A stretch of 64,000 nt of DNA, from NCBI RefSeq assembly GCF_037042905.1, contig NC_087251.1:24678001-24742000 (forward strand). The letters run 5' to 3'. The position numbers were made by a program, and so were the translations under genes. Below are positions 1-11,825 of this stretch, in pieces. This DNA comes from Lytechinus pictus (taxonomy: Eukaryota). Under the pieces are notes generated by a model. That model saw nothing but the letters and a program-made list of their open reading frames with translations, did no database searches and had not been told where the DNA came from. Position 1 is the stretch's first letter; every line of letters starts with the position of its first letter.

Positions 1-245
1 AAACTGTACTACAAATTTAAAAGGAGGCGAGGCAAGTTTCAATGGAGGTTTTTAAAAAAGAATAAACTGTACTACAAATTATGGTGAAGCCAATTCAAAA
101 GGAGGTGAGGCAAGTTTCAATGGAGGTTTTTAAAAAAGAATAAACTGTACTACAAATTATGGTGAAGCCAATTCAAAAGGAGGTGAGGCAAGTTTCAATG
201 GAGGTTTTTAAAAAGAATAAACTGTATTATGGTGAAGCCAATTTA
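1..245. repeat. 77-bp minisatellite array, truncated by the window start; reverse complement of the 7480-10130 array
   Basis: Tandem units aaactgtactacaaattatggtgaagccaattcaaaaggaggtgaggcaagtttcaatggaggtttttaaaaaagaat, with the same ~62-bp and ~70-bp deletion variants seen in the downstream array. Confidence 0.9.
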
Positions 246-254
246 AATAAACAC

Positions 255-710
255 TCAGTAAACAGAAGATAATTAGACAAATATATAGAAATTTATTGAA
301 CAGTAAATGAATATAAAAATCATTTTCAATTTTTTTTTCTCTCTCTTTCATAGTAAGTTTTCTATGAATGGCCAAAAAAAACCAGTAAACAGAAGATAAT
401 TATCGAGAGAAATATATAAGAAATTTATGGAACAGTAAATAAACATAGAAAATGGTTTTCAATATTTTTTTTACATTATGAGTTTTCTATGAATCGCAAA
501 AAATAATAAACAGAAGATAATTAATTAGAGAAATATATAAGAAATTTATTGACCAGTTAAGAAACAGATAATCGTTTCAAATATTGTATTTTCTTTGCAG
601 TAAGATTTCTATGAATGGCAACAAAAAGCAATAAACATAAGATAATTAATTCTAGAAATATATAATAAATTTATTGAAAAGTAAAATAAACATCGAAAAT
701 TGTTTTTATC
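255..710. repeat. Degenerate ~120-128-bp tandem repeat, about 4 copies
   Basis: The motif aaacagaagataatta...gaaatatataagaaatttattgaa...ttctatgaatggc recurs near 260, 388, 508 and 632. Confidence 0.7.
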
Positions 711-1315
711 TTGTAATTTGTCTTCCTAGCAGTACAACTTTTGCTTCCATGATCAGAGCAGATCTAACATAGACTTTAGACAAAGCTCCATGTCTGATAT
801 AACATGTATTTCATTGCCTGATGTCTCATGACATCGGGCATCAAAAGTGCGAATCGGCGCATCGGCATGCTCATGGATAATTCATAGCAAGCAGTAAAAG
901 CAAAAATTTATAAGGCATCGCAACTGAAGTTGCTTGATCTCGCATGTGTCCGCGGGTTTTGCCATTTCTCTTCTTCGTCAAACTAACCTTATTTTAGCCA
1001 CTACTTGAAGAAGTCATGCTGCCTTGTCAAAAGGCTAGATCTAATAAATAAAGCATTATCTCCTTTGATGATGCGTCACCATTCACATTATGCAAATCCA
1101 GGTGAAGATCAATGCTGTGCTGTTTCTCTTTCATATTATAAACAATTTATTTTTTATGTGATAGCAAGATTGGTATTTTTACAAGCATTCTTTATTTTCT
1201 TCTTATGAAATTAATTTATACCCTGGGACACTGTTTGTGACTTTTTGTAGTAAATATTCAATGACTATGCAATTTGTGTAAAACAGGTATTTCTTTAAGG
1301 CAGTTGGCAGCTTAA

Positions 1316-2569
1316 AGGTCAAGTCCACCCCAGGAAAATGCTGACTTGAATAAATAGAGAAAATTCAAACTTGCATAATGCTGAAAATTTCATCAAAATC
1401 AAACGTAGAATAAGAAAGTTTTGACATTTTAAAGTTTCGCTTATTTTTGACAAAACAGTGATATACACAACAAGGTGAGTCAGTCGATGATGTCAATCAC
1501 TCACTATTTCGTTTGTTTTTTACTGTTTGAATTATACAATATTTCATTTTCTATAAATTTGACAATAAGGACCAACTTGACTGAACCATATAGTATTAAA
1601 CAAAGCTATAATTCCACATGTTCAGGGAGGAATTAATCGTTGTATCACTTGACATTGAGGAGAAAATTAGAATATTTCATATTTCCTATAATAAAATACA
1701 AAAGAAATAGTGAGAGGATGACGTCATCAGTCTCCTCAGGTGCATACAGACCAGGATGTGCATATATCCAGGTGAAGATCAATGCTGTGCTGTTTCTCTT
1801 TCATATTATAAACAATTTATTTTTTATGTGATAGCAAGATTGGTATTTTTACAAGCATTCTTTATTTTCTTCTTATGAAATTAATTTATACCCTGGGACA
1901 CTGTTTGTGACTTTTTGTAGTAAAAAGTTTTTCCCAGTTTTTCCCAGTTTTTCTGGGGGGGGGGGGGGGGGGTGGGAAGGGTAGATATTTTTAGGACGGG
2001 TTGTTTTGTCCTTCACCAAACTGTATATGTTTTATTACTTTGTATTTATTTTGTGAGTATTTCCCTCTCATTTATTCATTCTTTTTTCATTTGATTATCT
2101 GTATTTATACTTTGTTATTTTGTTATTTGTTGTGTTATCTATTTCTTGAGGGGCCCACATTGTACAAGCATTGCTTTTTAGTGGGTCCCTCCATTTCCAT
2201 CTAAATTTAATTTCTATTGAAAAATGGTATATATATTTAAAACCTACAATGTGTTGCCCAAATCGTCTAAGTGTTTTTTTTTTTTTCTCACTACATATGT
2301 ATAATTAATTTTGTTTGCAACGGATACAAATATTTATGTTTTATATATGGTATACAATTTGTTTTTGTTTGATGGAAGTGAAATAAATGAATTTGAATTT
2401 TGAATTTTTTTTTAATTTGAATTTGAACTGTTTTTTTTAATTAAGCAAAACTTTAAAATGTCATAACTTTCTTATTTTACATCCGATTTTGATGAAAATT
2501 TCAGTGTTATGCTTGTTGATTTTTTCTCTTTTTATTCAAATCAACTTTTTGTTGGGGTGGACTTGTCCT
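1316..2569. mobile_element. Kolobok-type non-autonomous DNA transposon (MITE), interrupted by an insertion at 1766-2425
   Basis: TTAA at 1312-1315 and 2570-2573; TIRs aggtcaagtccacccc / ggggtggacttgtcct; an uninterrupted copy of the family lies at 40397-41013. Confidence 0.8.
1925..2425 (+). mobile_element. 5'-truncated non-LTR retrotransposon 3' UTR fragment
   Basis: G-run, T-rich UTR, stem-loop gaggggcccac...gtgggtccctc (2148-2191), AATAAA, then a (TTGAAT)n-like tail; the MITE resumes at aactg 2426. Confidence 0.6.
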
Positions 2570-2925
2570 TTAATGTAATTGTTGTAAAACAGTACTAAAT
2601 TACTCCATAACAGTATCTCTTGTGAAAAAAATATTTGATTTGTATTAGGTCTACTCTGTGATTGTGTAGTTATACCTTGTTTCAATAAGTTCATTACAAG
2701 TTGAACATTAAACTACATCACACCAATGACAAAAGGGGTAGAAGCATAGTTTTGCAACCTTTACTTAAAAGTTCAGCTCTTTCAAGAAAAAGCTCATCTT
2801 CACCATACAAAATGTGAATATGGATTGTTTAACAACTATATACAAGATTATGTTCTGCCTTCTTGAAATGGTTGCAGGAGGCTTATTCCAGCTTGTGTGG
2901 CTAATTTTATCTCCCGACAACTTAA

Positions 2926-3698
2926 CCTTACTAACTAGGCCGGGCTTTTAGGGCTGTTCAGTGGCCAGGGGGGGGGGGGGGGTTGATTCCACCCCCCCCC
3001 CCCAAGACCTCGGTCGCCGATGGCGCGAGTGCCGCAAAAATTTGCACGCTGGTAGTGTGCGATGTGATCTACAAGGCTGTATGATAAAATTTTCAAAAAT
3101 AATGAGATTTTATTTGATATGAGTTAATTATGCTAATTTATGCATAAATCATACTTTTTGTTCTAATTCACTAAATAAAGCTCCTAGAATGCAATTTTTT
3201 TGTAAAATTATTCTTTGTAGCATTCTTAACAATCTCAATTGAAAAAAAATTGTTTTGGAAATCAATTTCTTATGTATTTCATTGTTTTATAAATTTCTTA
3301 TGAATTTCTTTGTTTTTCAACCTTTTGTTTTTCTTTGTTTTTTTTCACCAGATTTATTGCACAACCTTTTTGAAGCATAATTATGCTAAAATCAATTGAT
3401 TTCAGCTGTTTAAAGTAAAAATAATCATATCTTTATGACTAAGATGAGAAAACTCAATTCGCATTGACTTTGTATATAAAATCACGTTTAGGAACAATTT
3501 TTGGTCAGATATGCACTTACAAAATGTTGCGTAATTTCAGAACCGTGTACATGGGGTCGTAAATTTGGTCTCAAAAGATGCGCAAGACTTTTTTTTGCAA
3601 GTGGTGCAGTCAAAAAAATTTGCGCGGCGGAATGATCGCAGAAATGAAATGTTGAGGGGGGAGTTGATTCAACCCCCCCCCCCCCGGCCTGTTTAGGG
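2926..3698. mobile_element. piggyBac-like MITE
   Basis: TTAA at 2922-2925 and 3699-3702; termini cctt..aggccggg / cccggcctgtttaggg; the subterminal motif ggg..gttgattc..acccccc occurs near both ends. Confidence 0.7.
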
Positions 3699-5051
3699 TT
3701 AAGAATAGTTGGTCTAATCAACTTTAGACTTGGTCTAAGTGTGTATAATTGAGTAGAGACGATCTGATCAGATTTTGGGGTTAAAAGTCAATGACTCATC
3801 AAATACATAATATATCCTGTTCTTGCCGTAACTCAGTAAAGAATCATGGATGGGATCAACTTCATATTCAAAGTTTAGCTAAGGATCTGATTATATTGCA
3901 AGATTACAGATATGCAGTCGTTATATAAATTCAAATAGTTCATTTTCATATTAACTGTACAGTTGTCAATAGGGTGAAATTCAAGCTTGGTTCCTGAATG
4001 CACATTTAAGGCAGATAATCTCAGTAAATAGTAGTAGTTCAAGTTCATAGGTCACAGACATCAATATACATGTATACCCAAAATATCTCCTATTCCCAAG
4101 TCTTATAGAATCATTTGAGGGTTCTACTTCCAATATGGCTTATCTGTGCATATGACTGGTGAAATGTTAGCCCATACATGAGGTCAAAGTGCATGGTATA
4201 ACAGTATGTCCTCAAAAAGCGTATTCTTTCTTCCAAGTGATATTTGTGACTACAGATGTTTTGCATATGTAATGAGCTTGATGAAGACCAAAACACAAGC
4301 CACGAGAGGATTAGGATGAATCTGCACTCTGACTGATAACTTTTTAATCTCCTGAATTCTTTGAAAGGATCAATTTGAAAATTACCTCTTGTGTGAGTGA
4401 AGATTTTTAGTAAAATTTCTATTGTCAGCAAGGTCATGTTAAAAATGTAAATATATAATATATTCTTGGTCTAGCAAAGGCAGTGCCATAAATTTTGACT
4501 GCATGTAGTTGAGAATCCATCTAGTTAGTCATAAAACATCAACGGCTAATTGTATCCATTCAACTTAGGGTTTCTTATTCCTACGATACTTGCTAATGTT
4601 AAATCATGGAGAATCACCTGTGTAAATAATGATACATTGTTTGTTAGCATTAATCGGCATTGAGGCTGATAAATTTCTTTGATAACTATTTGATGCAAGA
4701 TTATATGACCTTTGTGTTTTATTCAGTATTTTTAGACTGTCTCATATCATTTTGAACATAATTTGCGACCATTTTTGCTGCCCACTCAACAGTCTTTGTA
4801 GATGTTTGTGCAAAAACTTGATTAGAATGCATGCCGTTATCACACAGTACTTGCTAACTTTTATTATCTTTTATCATGATCCTAGGCCTGCCAGTACTGA
4901 AAATAAACGTATTTTAAACTGTATTATAGCGTATATTTTTATTTACTCAAGCTGCAGTTGCTTTCCATGATCATGAATTGGTTTTATAATACTTGCTGTT
5001 AACTAATGTAATTGTCACTTGTTTTTTCTAACAGCGAGAATATATTGCTAT

Positions 5052-5495
5052 ATGTGTCCAGCCACCCCAATACCAACAATAAATACATTGATTTAAAGAT
5101 TCTCATTGATCTTGAGCGATCACATCCTAAGCTGTAAAATGATTTATCTTGTTAATATTGATCAATAATATCCCTCGCTAGTACTTCATTGAATGCAGAA
5201 GAAGTTTGGTGAGAGCTTCAACAAATAAGAGAACAAGATTTGGGGTTCACTTAAGCATGCGATGTGTAATATGTAGTTCAACTACTTAGCAGTGAGCAAA
5301 ACACGGATATCAAAGTCTTGTATTTTGTCTTCAACTTTTACAACCTCACAGTTTGACAGTATGAAGAAATTTCTTTTTTTTTTCGGATAAACCAATATTC
5401 TAAATATGCGTTTGGAAAACTGAATTACTATTTTGGTTATTTTCTACGAACCTTCCCTGGCAACTTATTGTTGATATTTGGGTGGCTGGCCACAT
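5052..5495. mobile_element. Small degenerate MITE bounded by inverted repeats
   Basis: atgtgtccagccaccccaataccaacaataa versus ttattgttgatatttgggtggctggccacat, a ~30-bp imperfect IR. Confidence 0.5.
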
Positions 5496-6942
5496 TTGTT
5501 TTGAGAAAAAATATCAAAGAGTATATGAAAAAAATATTTATGTAAAAAAGCTTGCCTAGCTGTTGGTATTTTCTTCTATTGTACTTTGTCATGTAACTCT
5601 GGTAGATTTCATTTCGTTACACAAAATGGGGTTCAGTATTCAGAAAAACCATTAACCTTGCCTCAACCACAACAGTACTTGCCAAACTGGATAAATCAAC
5701 ATTATATCAAGCTGTGTAGAAGAACTTAATGATCATGTAGATACCATTAAGTGCATACATATATAATGTCTTTCAAGCTGTATGACAAAGATATTCTTTT
5801 CCATCCAACATCAGCTTCTACTATTTTTTAAGATTAGTTTTTATTGTCATGTTGGCAAATTGTGAAATAGTTCATGTTGAAATATGTTGTATTACCTGTC
5901 ATGCATTTGTAATGTTATTTTTTTTAGAATATATTCTGTCATCATTTTCAGTACATAAAAGTTTATTCAATGTATGCCTTTACCAAAGTTGGCCATAAGC
6001 ACAGTGGGTACCAACTATCACTGAAGACAACACAACAATTACTCAAAATATATGCATAGCCTTATGAATGTACAAGTCAATAAAATCTACTATGACTACA
6101 TAGCTTTTTTTTGTGCAACACAGTCATATTTCATTTGGATCAATTCAAAATTGAGTGGTGTTTTGGGGGTAATGCTATGGTAACTGCAGTTCTGTTGTCC
6201 CCTGACAGTTGGTGTTGTAAGGATGTGATTGGCAGTGTGTGGACGTCATGTTATAAGAGAAAAAAGAAAGTTAAAGTGAGAGTGTTGGCTTTGAAATGGA
6301 CTCAACCTATGAAAGTTAAAGTTTGTGCTGCAGAAACTGGTGTGGTAGTGGGATGATAATGATGATGAGGAACAGGGCCGGTATTCAATGCTACTCTTAA
6401 AGCCACAATTTCAAGTATATTTTACTCAGTATTTTGCAAATGTAAAATACTTATCCATCTTTGGTATTCAATTGCATTTTTTTTTTGCTAAATATTTTGC
6501 TTAAATGTAAGTCAGCCATCTACTAGACTTAAGTCTACATATACAAAAATGATACGCACAGAAATACATTCACACATTTGGCACTATTTGGCTCAAAATT
6601 TATAACATCACAATGGGTATTAGTATTTAGTTCAATTTGGATAAGGTAAATTCTGAGATCTGATCTGCATACAAGTTTAAGCATTTTGATAAGCCAGCCA
6701 AATTGCTAAGTAAAATACTTACAAAATCAAAACTTAGAATTTAATAGGCGGCCGAGGTATTATTTTCTTCCAGAGGACATGTACAGATTTCTTGTTGACA
6801 AAGGATGACATGATGATTATTTTGCAAATATGGCTTATTAAAAAATATATTATGTATATTCCATTTCAGTGACAATTGCATTTTTGGGGAGGGGATATTA
6901 CGTATTTGGGAATGGAAAAGTTCAAAATTAATGCAAACTTAA

Positions 6943-7440
6943 CCTATTTACGCAGGGGGGGGGGGGGGGCTCTGAGCTCTGCGATTTTAAAAAAAAAGTC
7001 TTTTGCATGTTTTGAGACCAGTTTTGCGAAGCCCGGGTACTGGGTTCTGAAAATTACCAAACAATTTGTAAGTGCATATCAGACAAAAATGGCTCAAAAT
7101 TGTGATATTTGTGTACCACGTCAATGGAATATGCGTTTTCAACCAAAATTCATGAATGCCTAATTGTTTTTAGTTTTGTTGAACTAAACTGATTTATTTT
7201 ATGCTGTTACGAGAGTCCGAGCATCGTTGAAAAAAAACAATGCAATACAAAGGTAAAAACACAAGAAATACATTATCGAAGAACACCACAAAGAGTTTCT
7301 AAACCAAAAATTAGAACATTTGGAGCTTTATTTAGGGAGTTAGAGGAATAGGTATAGTATACTAATTATGCACAAATGAGCATAATCAATTAATAGCAAT
7401 TTGCATGAAATAAATAACTACACAATTTTGTGGATTATTA
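6943..7440. mobile_element. Degenerate relative of the 2926-3698 MITE in the opposite orientation
   Basis: Starts TTAA-cc; ttttgagacca...gttctgaaaattac..caatttgtaagtgcatatc matches the reverse complement of 3505-3580. Confidence 0.5.
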
Positions 7441-7479
7441 AAAGCAATTGCGATCTTTTTCTTCACTATTCATTGTTTT

Positions 7480-10130
7480 TAGAAACCTCATTGTAGACTT
7501 GCCTCATGCACCTCTCAAGATGGCTTCATCATTTGAATTATATTCTACACTTATCATTCTTTAAAAAAAATCATTGTAGACATGCCTCACCTCCTCTCAA
7601 ATTGCCTTCACCATAACTTGTAATACAGTTTATTCTTTTTAAAAACCTCTATTGAAACTTGCGTCGCCTCTTTTTAAATTTGTAGTACAGTTTATTCTTT
7701 TTAAAAACCTCCATTGAAACTAATTGCCTCACCTCATTTAAAATTGGCTTCACCATAATTTGTAGTACAGTTTATTCTTTTTTAAAAACCTCAATTGAAA
7801 CTTGCCTCGCCTCCTTTTAAATTTGTAGTACAGTTTATTCTTTTCAAAAACCTCAATTGAAACTTGCCTCACCTCCTTTTAAATTGGCTTCACCATAATT
7901 TGTAGTACAGTTTATTCTTTTTAAAAACCTCCATTAAAACTTGCCTCACCTCCTTTTAAATTGGCTTCACCATAATTTGTAGTACAGTTTATTCTTTTTA
8001 AAAACCTCTATTGAAACTTGCGTCGCCTCTTTTTAAATTTGTAGTACAGTTTATTCTTTTTAAAAACCTCCATTGAAACTAATTGCCTCACCTCATTTAA
8101 AATTGGCTTCACCATAATTTGTAGTACAGTTTATTCTTTTTTAAAAACCTCAATTGAAACTTGCCTCGCCTCCTTTTAAATTTGTAGTACAGTTTATTCT
8201 TTTCAAAAACCTCAATTGAAACTTGCCTCACCTCCTTTTAAATTGGCTTCACCATAATTTGTAGTACAGTTTATTCTTTTTAAAAACCTCCATTGAAACT
8301 TGCCTCACCTCCTTTTAAATTGGCTTCACCATAATTTGTAGTACAGTTTATTCTTTTTAAAAACCTCTATTGAAACTTGCGTCGCCTCTTTTTAAATTTG
8401 TAGTACAGTTTATTCTTTTTAAAAACCTCCATTGAAACTTGCCTCACCTCATTTTAAATTGGCTTCACCATAATTTGTAGTACAGTTTATTCTTTTTAAA
8501 AACCTCTATTGAAACTTGCGTCGCCTCCTTTTAAATTTGTAGTACAGTTTATTCTTTTTTAAAAACCTCCATTGAAACTTGCCTCACCTCCTTTTAAACT
8601 GGCTTCACCATAATACAGTTTATTCTTTTTAAAAACCTCCATTAAAACTTGCCTCACCTCCTTTTAAATTGGCTTCACCATAATTTGTAGTACAGTTTAT
8701 TCTTTTTAAAAACCTCCATTGAAACTTGCCTCACCTCCTTTTAAATTGGCTTCACCATAATTTGTAGTACAGTTTATTCTTTTTAAAAACCTCCATTGAA
8801 ACTTGCCTCACCTCCTTTTAAATTGGCTTCACCATAATACAGTTTATTCTTTTTAAAAACCTCCATTAAAACTTGCCTCACCTCCTTTTAAATTGGCTTC
8901 ACCATAATTTGTAGTACAGTTTATTCTTTTTTAAAAACCTCCATTGAAACTTGCCTCGCCTCCTTTTAAATTTGTAGTACAGTTTATTCTTTTCAAAAAC
9001 CTCAATTGAAACTTGCCTCACCTCCTTTTAAATTGGCTTCACCATAATTTGTAGTACAGTTTATTCTTTTTGAAAACCTCCATTGAAACTTGCCTCACCT
9101 CCTTTTAAATTGGCTTCACCATAATTTGTAGTACAGTTTATTCTTTTTAAAAACCTCTATTGAAACTTGCGTCGCCTCTTTTTAAATTTGTAGTACAGTT
9201 TATTCTTTTTAAAAACCTCCATTGAAACTTGCCTCACCTCATTTTAAATTGGCTTCACCATAATTTACAGTTTATTCTTTTTAAAAACCTCTATTGAAAC
9301 TTGCGTCGTCTCCTTTTAAATTTGTAGTACAGTTTATTCTTTTTTAAAAACCTCCATTGAAACTTGCCTCACCTCCTTTTAAACTGGCTTCACCATAATA
9401 CAGTTTATTCTTTTTAAAAACCTCCATTAAAACTTGCCTCACCTCCTTTTAAATTGGCTTCACCATAATTTGTAGTACGTACAGTTTATTCTTTTTAAAA
9501 ACCTCCATTGAAACTTGCCTCACCTCCTTTTAAATTGGCTTCACCATAATTTGTAGTACAGTTTATTCTTTTTAAAAACCTCCATTGAAACTTGCCTCAC
9601 CTCCTTTTAAATTGGCTTCACCATAATACAGTTTATTCTTTTTAAAAACCTCCATTAAAACTTGATCACCTCCTTTTAAATTGGCTTCACCATAATTTGT
9701 AGTACAGTTTATTCTTTTTTAAAAACCTCCATTGAAATTAACTTGCCTCGCCTCCTTTTAAATTTGTAGTACAGTTTATTCTTTTTAAAAACCTCAATTG
9801 AAACTTGCCTCACCTCCTTTTAAATTGGCTTCACCATAATTTGTAGTACAGTTTATTCTTTTTAAAAACCTCCATTAATAACTTGCCTCACCTCCTTTTA
9901 AATTGGCTTCACCATAATACAGTTTATTCTTTTTTTAAACCTCCATTGAAACTTGTCTCACCTCCTTTTAAATTGGCTTTGATCACCATAATATTCAGGT
10001 AAGGTATATTCATTCTTTTTTTAAAAAACATCATTGTTCACTTCCCTCACCTAGATCATTTGGCTATATATAATACGTTTTATTCTACACTATTCTTCCC
10101 TTTAAAAAAAACCTGATTGTACTCCTGCCT
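7480..10130. repeat. ~2.5-kb minisatellite of 77-bp units (62- and 70-bp variants) with higher-order periodicity
   Basis: More than 30 near-identical units tttattctttttaaaaacctccattgaaacttgcctcacctccttttaaattggcttcaccataatttgtagtacag; homogeneous core ~7600-9990 with degenerate edges. Confidence 0.95.
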
Positions 10131-10163
10131 CCCCTGATCTGACATTTGCCTCTCAACGTACTG

Positions 10164-10318
10164 GAAATAGATACCCTTTTTTCAATATTTTTGTGTTTTT
10201 GACACCCTTATCACGTTATACGTATAACGTGCCCTCTCTTGAAAAAGACATCCTTTTTACGTGTTTTTTGGGTCGCGCATGGTATCCACTCGTCAATATA
10301 AGTGGCCCCCCCCCCGGG
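10164..10318. mobile_element. Right end of the CCCGGG-terminated MITE family (complete copy at 46793-47364)
   Basis: Near-identical to 47207-47364 and ends ggtcgcgcatggtatccactcgtcaat..aagtg.cccccccggg. Confidence 0.8.
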
Positions 10319-11825
10319 CGTACTATACATGCATAGTGTTATTTTATTATCTCTTTATATCGGAAACTTCGTTTTACGTACCGAATTGCCATGCACTCTC
10401 TCCGACGCGTTTGAAGTCTTAGACAGCATGGCATACTACCAGCCGATGGTACACACACGCACACACACACACGTTATTTGACAACTTGTCTCTGGAGCCA
10501 AAGTTCCTCGCATATAACTATCTGCATGCCTGCACGCAGTGTGTATTGAACACGCACGACCACGATCTAATGAATATTCATCGGCGAGACTGACGTCATT
10601 TTACGAGTCTCCTTTCAAACTTGGATCATAAGTGCCTACCGCTTGGATGCATGCTTTCACCTTCAGTTTGTGATTAGTCTCTGTTCAATCCCTTAGTGTG
10701 TAATATATAAACATCATATCAGATGTAGGACTGTATCTAAAGCCTGTGTCTAAGCACAGTGGATCAAAGGCTTCAGACTCAGCACAATGGACATTTACCA
10801 CAAAACATATGGTAAAGAAAAAAATAACCAGGTGTTAATATTCCTCTCTTTGTTTGATGAACTCCATTAAACTCAAGAAACAAACAACAGTGATTAAAGC
10901 ACCAGGCTCAGGAGCAGAGCTTAGAATTTTATATTGAAGAATTAAAGTGGAAACATATGGCAAATTGATTGAAAAGTTTCATAACTTCAGTGGCCACCCC
11001 AGGTAATTATAATGTTATCAGTACCATTAACGTTATATTAATTGATTATAGACAGTACAGTATAATGCATGAAATACACTGATAGTACAGATTTAAAGCT
11101 GATAATAAATTTAAAAAGTAAAATATATGAGATAAAATGAAATAAGATAAATTTGGGGGCATAAAACATGCAGATATGCACAAGAACTATCAATATTGAT
11201 TGCATACTCTGGACTTGAAATATTTATAATTAGGAGTTGTCCTGAAATTTGCAAGAGGAGCTGATGAGACAGTGTAAAAAAAATATTTAAAAAATTTAAC
11301 TTGAAATATTATTCAGTGAATTAAAATCACAGGGTGAGTAAAATTGAAATAAAGATATGAAGCACTACGATGGAGATGATATAACCTATACTTCTTTCTT
11401 CTCTGCACATACTTTGAGAGATTCAGAGCTTCATTCCCAGTAATGGAGTTACGTTTTCAAATTATACATGTAGCCTTCTGTTTTGAGCCAAACTAAAATA
11501 TATTTTTATGGACTGTTCATGGGCAGTTGACCAGTAATATATGGACATTTTTCAGCACATGTCATTACAATGAGAATGAGTTCCATCTCAGGCCTTATAT
11601 TGCCATATTTTTAGGTGAAGGTCACCTTTCTATTCATGGCAATTTTCTATATTACATTACAAATGGAAAATAATAAAAAAGCACAACAAATCTCCAAGAC
11701 AAATGAGAGTGACATTGAAGCCATTTAACAGGGCATCTATGGGCATGGTCTTCAATGGCCGGACATCGGGTTACTCTTTGGGTCAATTATTTCAATAACC
11801 TTGGGGTGGCTTAGACTTTAGTTAA

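Noticed and set aside
4111..4970. Possible transposase remnants inside the inverted satellite pair
   Set aside because: No DDE, zinc-finger or other identifiable motif; only weakly coding-like.
7480..10130. CRISPR-like appearance of the regular array
   Set aside because: Units are contiguous with no unique spacers, there are no cas genes, and the context is eukaryotic; it is a minisatellite.
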